From contig JBIOZG010000025.1 of assembly GCA_044870765.1 (NCBI GenBank), forward strand, positions 1 through 12,526: 12,526 nucleotides of DNA, in the 5' to 3' direction. A program made the position numbers and the translations under genes. Of the stretch, positions 6,557-12,526 are shown piece by piece (position 1 is the stretch's first letter; each line of letters opens with the position of its first letter). This stretch comes from Nitrososphaeraceae archaeon. GTDB lineage: Archaea > Thermoproteota > Nitrososphaeria > Nitrososphaerales > Nitrososphaeraceae. A model generated the notes under the pieces. The model saw only the letters and a list, made by a program, of their open reading frames with translations, was not told the origin of the DNA and ran no database searches.

Positions 6557-7426
6557 TCATATTTCTATCATAGATTTTAACTGGTTTATTTGTTCTGAAA
6601 AAGGATGATCAGGATAACCAAGAACTGTTAAGAATTCCTTCTGGGCAAATTGGATATCGCAATAACAAGGGATTGATGTCAATATATCGATTCCCGTCTC
6701 AGAACTCAGTTTCTTTACAAAATCGTCTGCCACTGGAGTTAGCGTGGTATAATTTGTATCAGAATAATTTTCGTGAGATTCACCAATTTGCAAATGAGGA
6801 ATACAGTAACCTGCTATCCTGTTAAGAAGTAGATGATATTTTGTGTTTCCCTGTTCCTTGAATTGTGCCAATATTTCATTTGCAATCATCTTTGTTCCTC
6901 CAATATCCATGTCTCCCATCTTTAAAGTCAAAAATACAATATCTGATAATGCCAAAGCATTAATCGCCCAAAATCTGATTCCTGGACTTGAATCCATTAT
7001 TACATAGTCAATATCATTTTTTTCGATTAATTCTTCTCTAAAGTTAATGAATCTCTTGAGCATGGTCATTCTGTTTCTATCCTCCTTTACACCTTCAATT
7101 TTGAGAATATCTTCTCTTTTAGGACTAGAAAAACAGCCTATTATTTTTCCATTCAAAGAACCTTTCTCTGAGAATTGTTGTATGGGTGTTACCTCAACTA
7201 GCAAGTCATCTACTCCGCAGGCACCCACAATGTAATCATTCAGGGTATTCTTGATCTTACTTTGGACGACATCGCCGAAATAAGCATGTAGGCTTGGTGC
7301 ATATACATCGATATCAACTATACATACATTGTTTCCATTTTTAGCTAATAATGCGGCCAGGTTAGCTGCCAAAGTAGTTTTTCCAGTGCCGCCCTTATAC
7401 GAGTGAAATGTAATAACTTGCTTCAA
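6557..7426 (-). CDS. MinD/ParA-family ATPase
   Basis: Deviant Walker A HSYKGGTGKTT, switch I VDIDVYAPSLH, Walker B DYVIMDSSPG, and LLLNRI. TTG start. No obvious C-terminal membrane-targeting amphipathic tail. Confidence 0.92.
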   Translation of the reverse strand: MKQVITFHSYKGGTGKTTLAANLAALLAKNGNNVCIVDIDVYAPSLHAYFGDVVQSKIKNTLNDYIVGACGVDDLLVEVTPIQQFSEKGSLNGKIIGCFSSPKREDILKIEGVKEDRNRMTMLKRFINFREELIEKNDIDYVIMDSSPGIRFWAINALALSDIVFLTLKMGDMDIGGTKMIANEILAQFKEQGNTKYHLLLNRIAGYCIPHLQIGESHENYSDTNYTTLTPVADDFVKKLSSETGIDILTSIPCYCDIQFAQKEFLTVLGYPDHPFSEQINQLKSMIEI

Positions 7427-7522
7427 ATTATACTAAAAGAATGGCAGATACAGGTTTTTAAGTATATGCTAAAATGCCTTTTTATTTGGTACGCAAATAT
7501 GTGTATAAAATCTCTGTTACAG

Positions 7523-7536
7523 CAGTCAATTGACTG
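7523..7536. promoter_or_regulatory. Perfect 14-bp palindrome CAGTCAATTGACTG, possible regulator binding site
   Basis: Seen directly, about 100 bp upstream of the MinD/ParA start. Function is inferred only. Confidence 0.35.
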
Positions 7537-7651
7537 TATTTGTCCCCATTAACTGTCAACATGCAATCTTAATTTATAGAATGATTTTTTCATAAGCGCC
7601 GGAATAGGCTGGCAAATTCTCCGGTGATAAACAGACTCATACAATAATGTC

Positions 7652-7726
7652 TGCGAAGTGCGGGATTCGAACCCGCGATCCCGAGCTTGGGAAGCTCGTA
7701 CCTTAACCGGTCTGGGCTAACTTCGC
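7652..7726 (-). tRNA. tRNA-Gly: tRNA-Gly (anticodon CCC), intronless, CCA not encoded
   Basis: GCGAAGT TA GCCCAGACCGGTTAAGGT A CGAGC-TTCCCAA-GCTCG GGATC GCGGG-TTCGAAT-CCCGC ACTTCGC A. It has a perfect 7-bp acceptor stem, 5-bp anticodon and T stems, and discriminator A. Confidence 0.97.
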
Positions 7727-8009
7727 TTAATCGGCAATTAAATCTTACAATCAATAAATTTCTATCTTTGCTTAGAATCATCTTACATGTTTCGTCAAAA
7801 CTGTCATGGCGTGTAAACTAGATGCAGTAATAATTGACTCACGGCTTGTTATTGAACCACAGTGTGATTACCATTTATGGTCCTAGGTCTGTTATTAAGT
7901 AACAATTAGTCGAGATAAATAAAGCTGGTACTTGAAAAGAAAACTCTATCCATACTTATTCCGTTCAAAAGGGGCGAAGCATGAATATATAAAGCTAAAT
8001 TGATAATGG

Positions 8010-9011
8010 TCAGTCCACGAAGTATTTGACTCTCTCTTTTTTAAATTCTTTAGAACTGAACAGAATCTTATATTCATCCATTCCTACAAACTGAGATAGT
8101 TCTGTGGCTATCTTTTTGGCGCCATCAATTGTTCTGGCATGAATCATGCTGAATAAATTGAATGGCCAATCTGGATACACGGGTCTTCTATAACAATGGC
8201 TAACTTGTGGGAACGATGCTAACTTGTAACCGACTTCATCAATTTTATTATCAGGCACTTTCCATACAATCATGCCGTTAGCCGTAAATCCCACATCTCT
8301 GTGACGTAGGATTGCTGCAAATCGTCTCATTACACCAATTGATTCATATTCTCTGGCTTTATCAAATAATTCGTCGATTGTGATACCAAGATTGTTTGCA
8401 GAGCCATCGAAGGGTCTTGGAATTACCTGCAAATCTTTTTGCAATTCCCTGATGAAATCCTTGTCTCTTGATGTAAGTTCAAATTTTTTTTGATCCAGAG
8501 TCTTTACGCTATCGTCTGGTGTCAACTTTTTAGGGTCACTATTTACCATGTCCAGTTTAACGCCTATTTTATATAATTTCAGAGTTGGCAGAAGACGGAA
8601 TTTAATTACACCTTCAAAAGATGCCATTTGTTCAAGATCTTTTTTTAAATCTCCTTCCGGAGGAACGGCCAACGTAAACCACATGTTAAATTCATGATCT
8701 CTTTCATAATTGTGGCTGACACCGGGGTGCTTGTTGACTTCCTGTGCCACAAGGTCCAGTTTGTCCTTTTTAACAGCAAATGCAACTAGAGCGCTTTTAT
8801 AGCCTAGTTTCCTCGTATCAAAAATAGCATTAATCTGTCTTATGAGTCCACTTTGTTTCATTAATGATATCCTACTCATCACATCATTTTCAGTAAGACC
8901 GTGTTTATTTGCAATTTCTAAATACGGTTTTTGAGAAAGGGGAAAAGTCCATTGAATTTCATTCAAAAGTTGTTTATCTAACGGATCAATGTATTGCTGA
9001 TCAAGCTGCAT
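8010..9011 (-). CDS. ahbAB: Fused siroheme decarboxylase AhbA-AhbB (NirDL-like, two Lrp/AsnC-type halves), alternative heme pathway
   Basis: Two homologous halves. First: LDKQLLNEIQWTFPL..GVSHNYERDHEFNMWFT. Second: DKDFIRELQKDL..NGMIVWKV..VSHCYRRPVYPDWPFNLFSMIH..LFSSKEFKK. Both carry HxYxR motifs. Confidence 0.9.
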   Translation of the reverse strand: MQLDQQYIDPLDKQLLNEIQWTFPLSQKPYLEIANKHGLTENDVMSRISLMKQSGLIRQINAIFDTRKLGYKSALVAFAVKKDKLDLVAQEVNKHPGVSHNYERDHEFNMWFTLAVPPEGDLKKDLEQMASFEGVIKFRLLPTLKLYKIGVKLDMVNSDPKKLTPDDSVKTLDQKKFELTSRDKDFIRELQKDLQVIPRPFDGSANNLGITIDELFDKAREYESIGVMRRFAAILRHRDVGFTANGMIVWKVPDNKIDEVGYKLASFPQVSHCYRRPVYPDWPFNLFSMIHARTIDGAKKIATELSQFVGMDEYKILFSSKEFKKERVKYFVD

Positions 9012-9035
9012 TTAAGATAAATTCACTGGTCAAGC

Positions 9036-9048
9036 ATTAAATACTTTG
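9036..9048 (-). promoter_or_regulatory. Putative BRE/TATA promoter of ahbAB
   Basis: Minus strand CAAAG-TATTTAAT about 25 nt upstream of ATG 9011. Confidence 0.45.
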
Positions 9049-9155
9049 TCATAAAATCCAATATCTGCTACTTATAGCTCATTTAGGAAGTTGGTTTTGC
9101 CTTTGATAGCACATAAGAATATATGAATTAATTACTTGTAAGTTATGTAAATAAT

Positions 9156-9974
9156 TTGAGCCGACAAATAGTCGCATTTCAAGGTGAGCACGGAGCATAT
9201 AGTGAAATTGCGGCCCTAAAATTTTTCCCTAATTCAGAACTCATCCCCATGAAATTATTCCAAGACATTTTTGATGCGTTACGCAATAATAGTATTGATT
9301 ATGCAGTCGTTCCAATTGAAAATTCAATCGAAGGATCTGTAAACGAAATTTATGATCTACTCTTAAGCACAGAAAAAAAAATCACGGCCGAAATATTTCT
9401 AAGGGTTAACCATTGTTTAATTGCATTACCAAATAATACTACAATAACCAGGGTCTTCTCCCATCCTCAAGCCTTAGCCCAGTGTAGAAACTATCTCAAA
9501 AAAAGAAATTTTGTTTCTCTGCCTACATATGATACAGCGGGGTCCGTCAGGTTGATAAAGGAAAATCAAATTCTCGATGCGGCTGCCATTGCAAGTAAGA
9601 GCGCTGCAAAATTTTATAATATGACGATTCTCGATGAAAATATTGAGGACAGAAAAAACAATTACACTAGATTCCTTGTACTGTCTGATGAAAAAACAAG
9701 TCCCTCTGAGAAAGATAGGACTTCAATGATTTTCGGATTAAAACACACACCTGGTTCATTATTTTCAGTCATACAAGAATTTGATCATAGTAAAATCAAT
9801 CTCACCAAAATAGAGTCAAGGCCAACTAAAGAAAAACCTTGGGAATACAATTTTTACGTAGACTTCGAAGGTCATGTCGAGGAAGATACGGTTAAAAGTA
9901 CATTGGCGAATGTTGAAAAGAAATGCACATTTCTAAAAATACTAGGTTCCTATAAAAGGGGAACAATAAATTAA
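9156..9974 (+). CDS. pheA: Prephenate dehydratase with ACT domain
   Basis: VAFQGEHGAYSE, VVPIENSIEGSV, SHPQALAQC, NYTRF (TRF motif), and ACT domain INLTKIESRP..WEYNFYVDFEG..LGSY. TTG start. Confidence 0.97.
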   Translation: MSRQIVAFQGEHGAYSEIAALKFFPNSELIPMKLFQDIFDALRNNSIDYAVVPIENSIEGSVNEIYDLLLSTEKKITAEIFLRVNHCLIALPNNTTITRVFSHPQALAQCRNYLKKRNFVSLPTYDTAGSVRLIKENQILDAAAIASKSAAKFYNMTILDENIEDRKNNYTRFLVLSDEKTSPSEKDRTSMIFGLKHTPGSLFSVIQEFDHSKINLTKIESRPTKEKPWEYNFYVDFEGHVEEDTVKSTLANVEKKCTFLKILGSYKRGTIN

Positions 9975-9983
9975 TCTCAAAAT

Positions 9984-10442
9984 TTAGGCATATCTAGATT
10001 TTATTCCAATTCCCAGAACTATGATCCCCGTTATCAGTAACATCATATGAGCTCCAAATGCCAGCGGGGAAGCCTTAGTTTCTACATCTCCATCAATTTG
10101 AAGTGTAGAATTTCCTGTATTTTTTGTTTCAATTCTATATTGGCCTTCATTGTTAGCAACGAGATCGTATTCATAGTGTGAACTATTTGTAACTGAAACA
10201 ATAACTGTATTATCGGGGTTTTCAATCTTGAAATCAAACTCGGAGCCATCAATTATTATTTTACCCACATTCCCTTTATTCATTATGGGTGTAACAACGT
10301 CTATGTAATTTACATTCGGATCCAATGTCTTATCCAATTCTACTTTTCTGGGAATATTTGAATCGATCAATGAGGCAGCACCAATTACAATAAATGCTAT
10401 GCCACTTATCATAAGAACATAGAAGGTCTTTTTCCTACTCAT
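9984..10442 (-). CDS. Hypothetical membrane protein (N- and C-terminal TM helices flanking a beta-rich domain)
   Basis: ATG start, TM1 FYVLMISGIAFIVIGAASLI, TM2 FGAHMMLLITGIIVLGIGI. Convergent with pheA across a 9-bp gap. Confidence 0.85.
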   Translation of the reverse strand: MSRKKTFYVLMISGIAFIVIGAASLIDSNIPRKVELDKTLDPNVNYIDVVTPIMNKGNVGKIIIDGSEFDFKIENPDNTVIVSVTNSSHYEYDLVANNEGQYRIETKNTGNSTLQIDGDVETKASPLAFGAHMMLLITGIIVLGIGIKSRYA

Positions 10443-10694
10443 ATCAAAACTGAAGGATATCGCACTAATTAACGATGTGTTTTTCGTCTAGATGTCAAGT
10501 CAGCACGAGTCAAAATTGAAAAAAGAGGAATGGAAAGGAAAGCTCATGCCAAGGTGCTTGAGTCGATAAACAAGAAAAAAACCGAGCTTTTAAACCGAGT
10601 TTTTTTGACATATTGAAATCATGGCCTGAAATATTGATCTTTTTGAAATCTCGAAGTATTTGTATGAACTCAATTGTAAATCATATAAGGGAGG

Positions 10695-10710
10695 GGAAAA
10701 TCTTTATTTA
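10695..10710 (+). promoter_or_regulatory. Putative BRE/TATA promoter
   Basis: GGAAAA-TC-TTTATTTA ending about 23 nt upstream of TTG 10733. Confidence 0.45.
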
Positions 10711-10732
10711 TTATTGTAGTGGACTTTAATCG

Positions 10733-11497
10733 TTGAACAATAGTCCATCGTTGAAGATATCTCTAATTCTAGGAACAATTATTATGATCGGAACTATTGT
10801 TCTTTTTAATAATAACAACATATACGCAAAGCAGGCGATCTGGAGAGACTTTGATAACATGAAAGACTTGGTAGCCGCAATAAGAAGTGGAGAAAAAAAC
10901 GATAATAATATTAATTGGGAAAAATTCCAAGACTCGGGAATATATCAGAATGAAGATAAAGACTCCAAAGAATGCCTCCAACTTGCACATAAAATAGGAA
11001 ATAACCTTGGAGACTACGAAATTGTCCATTGCTTCAGGGATGAAAATTATTTTAAGAACAAATATACTGAACCTGAAGCACCTGAACCTCAGCCAGAAAC
11101 CAACGCCTCCCTAAATGTCCCTGAACCTCAGCCAGAAACCAACGCCTCCCTAAATGTCCCTGAGGTACCTGAAACCAACTCTTCTGAATTAGTTACTCCA
11201 CGAAGTATAGACCTTAACATTACTGTTGGCAAAGATCCTATTGCTCGCGGTGAAAATCAAATGGTCACAGTTGTAGCATTGGACCCCACTACGGGTAACG
11301 TGCTTGATCGAGTTTTTATTAAACTTGAAATTAAGGATCCAGTTGGCATTCTTGTCAAGAATTATACTGATACAGAGGGTAATCTCACACGTACCTTTAA
11401 AATAGGCGAGAATGCAATCGGAACCTTTATGATTTCAGCGACTGCATCACAAGCAGGTGTTCAAAGCATGAAATCTCTCTCATTTCAAGTACAGTAA
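10733..11497 (+). CDS. Secreted putative glycoprotein: helical two-Cys domain, Pro/Glu repeat linker and C-terminal Ig-like beta domain
   Basis: Signal-like ISLILGTIIMIGTIVLF..IYA; Cys pair (KECLQ..IVHCF); PEPQPETNASLNV repeats; beta-strand-like C-terminus (ITVGKDPIARGENQMVTV..TFKIG..SLSFQVQ); sequons NAS, NAS, NSS, NIT, NYT, NLT. Confidence 0.85.
   Translation: MNNSPSLKISLILGTIIMIGTIVLFNNNNIYAKQAIWRDFDNMKDLVAAIRSGEKNDNNINWEKFQDSGIYQNEDKDSKECLQLAHKIGNNLGDYEIVHCFRDENYFKNKYTEPEAPEPQPETNASLNVPEPQPETNASLNVPEVPETNSSELVTPRSIDLNITVGKDPIARGENQMVTVVALDPTTGNVLDRVFIKLEIKDPVGILVKNYTDTEGNLTRTFKIGENAIGTFMISATASQAGVQSMKSLSFQVQ
11081..11163 (+). repeat. 39-bp coding tandem repeat, 2 exact copies plus a partial (PEPQPETNASLNV)
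   Basis: cctgaacctcagccagaaaccaacgcctccctaaatgtc at 11081 and 11120, then cctga at 11159. Confidence 0.95.
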
Positions 11498-11900
11498 GGC
11501 ATGTCGTGTGATTGATAATTGTACTACAGTTATCATTGCAAGAGAACATTCTTTTAATCTTCGATCTAGAGAATCAATAAGTACTACGTAGAACTTTCAA
11601 GATAATTTATGGATATAGGAAATGTTTTTTCTCAAAAAGGATCAAGTTACAACATTTCATATTTTTGGTGGTAAAATAAATAAAGTCAATCAGATTTGAA
11701 CATGTATAAACTATTAACTATGTCGAGCATTGACAACTATATTGACTAACAGTATCGTACATTTAATTTGAGATAAATTCAATCTAGCTGTCAAAAATAC
11801 AAATTCTTTTTAAACTGAGAATTGTTATTAGCAAATTACATAGTTATATTCTGCTTTATATGATATCCGTCTCATGAAATAGAATTTTGGTCATTTTCTT

Positions 11901-11916
11901 ATATCACTAGTGATAT
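11901..11916. promoter_or_regulatory. Perfect 16-bp palindrome ATATCACTAGTGATAT
   Basis: Seen directly in the 563-bp intergenic region, about 145 bp upstream of ATG 12061. Confidence 0.35.
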
Positions 11917-11959
11917 TTATTACTCAACTCGCCCTATTAGACATCTCTCAGGATAATGG

Positions 11960-12000
11960 TTAGGATGCTTGTGTAATGCTTTAGGAAGCTTGTATAATGC
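11960..12000. repeat. Non-coding 20-bp direct repeat with 21-bp period
   Basis: TTAGGATGCTTGTGTAATGC (11960-11979) and TTAGGAAGCTTGTATAATGC (11981-12000), 18/20 identical. Confidence 0.85.
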
Positions 12001-12031
12001 ACTTACCTAAACTTGATTCGTGACTACACAA

Positions 12032-12041
12032 TTTTTTATAT
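12032..12041 (+). promoter_or_regulatory. Putative TATA box
   Basis: TTTTTTATAT about 20 nt upstream of ATG 12061. Confidence 0.45.
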
Positions 12042-12060
12042 GTTGTTGTTGAATTCTAAA

Positions 12061-12526
12061 ATGTTGAACAAAGAACAATCGGTACAAACATCTCTTCTAT
12101 TCATGATAATTATTACTCTTAATACGTTATTTTTTGTTGGCAATATGATTTCAGTACAAGCAAGTACCGGAACATCCTCAGATACTGGAAGCAACGGTAG
12201 ATCAATTTCCAATGGTACTTCAATTGCCGATCAAGAAGAAAGCAGATTGATGAACGAGCTTGTGAAAACAGGTAAGTTCACAAAAGATGAAGCTAGAGAA
12301 TTTGTGACAAAAGTGATGTTGATGAACGAGCTTGTGAAAACAGGTAAGTTCACAAAAGATGAAGCTAGAGAATTTGTGACAAAAGTGATGAAGAATGGAA
12401 CCGATGGAACCAATGTAAATGCTGGATCAAAAGCTCCTGTCCCTGAAGCTAACCTATCTGCTAATGTTCCTGTCCCTGAAGCTAACCTATCTGCTAATGT
12501 TCCTGTCCCTGAAGCTAACCTATCTG
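12061..12526 (+). CDS. Secreted repeat-containing putative glycoprotein; 3' end runs off the window
   Basis: Not in the ORF track. Manual translation: MLNKEQSVQTSLLFMIIITLNTLFFVGNMISVQA-STGTSSDTGSNGRSISNGTSIADQEESR(LMNELVKTGKFTKDEAREFVTKVM)x2 KNGTDGTNVNAGSKA(PVPEANLSANV)x2+. No stop up to the window end. Confidence 0.88.
   Translation, partial: MLNKEQSVQTSLLFMIIITLNTLFFVGNMISVQASTGTSSDTGSNGRSISNGTSIADQEESRLMNELVKTGKFTKDEAREFVTKVMLMNELVKTGKFTKDEAREFVTKVMKNGTDGTNVNAGSKAPVPEANLSANVPVPEANLSANVPVPEANLS
12247..12390 (+). repeat. Exact 72-bp tandem duplication (24 aa)
   Basis: ttgatgaacgagctt...aaaagtgatg at 12247-12318 and 12319-12390, identical. Confidence 0.97.
12436..12526 (+). repeat. 33-bp coding tandem repeat, at least 2.7 exact copies (PVPEANLSANV)
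   Basis: cctgtccctgaagctaacctatctgctaatgtt at 12436, 12469 and 12502 (the last truncated by the window end). Confidence 0.96.

Noticed and set aside
5642-7235. ORFs 5642-5824 (-) and 7047-7235 (+)
   Set aside because: They are nested alternate-frame or antisense ORFs inside the KaiC-cyclase and MinD genes.
5055-7426. Pycsar/CBASS antiphage system, a circadian kaiC, or a plasmid-type parAB locus
   Set aside because: There is no cNMP-binding/TM/TIR effector, no kaiA/kaiB (the KaiC-like domain is single and degenerate), and no parB in the window.
6508-7459. Shared upstream motif (AAAAACAGGTATAT vs AAAAACCTGTATCT) before the KaiC-cyclase and MinD genes
   Set aside because: Only 11/14 matches in AT-rich DNA that overlaps ordinary BRE/TATA sequence, so it is indistinguishable from chance.
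7590-7781. 63-aa minus-strand ORF
   Set aside because: It spans the tRNA-Gly gene and is spurious.
10769-12413. Minus-strand ORFs 10769-11029 and 12231-12413
   Set aside because: They are antisense shadows of the two secreted-protein genes; the second mirrors the 72-bp duplication.

Overview
AT-rich archaeal chromosomal window that most resembles a soil ammonia-oxidising archaeon (Nitrososphaeraceae). This is inferred from the gene set, frequent TTG/GTG/CTG starts, TATA boxes about 20-30 nt upstream of start codons, and a tRNA with no encoded CCA. The minus strand, from left to right, carries: a truncated secreted protein with tandem Big_9/cadherin-like Ig domains and a 36-bp repeat linker; a frameshifted gene remnant; a 72-aa hypothetical; a YgjP/DUF45-type HExxH protein; a DipZ-like thioredoxin and CcdA pair, which are in frame and separated by one TAG; a His-rich membrane-anchored protein; a KaiC/RAD55-like + TRASH-like + class III nucleotidyl cyclase fusion; a MinD/ParA ATPase; tRNA-Gly(CCC); and a fused siroheme decarboxylase AhbAB. 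These are followed by pheA (+), a two-TM membrane protein (-), and two secreted repeat-containing putative glycoproteins (+, the last one truncated). The best candidate for an undescribed system is the MinD/ParA gene with the degenerate KaiC-TRASH-cyclase gene, whose cyclase has non-canonical base-specificity residues. All family assignments come from motif recognition by eye; no database searches were run.
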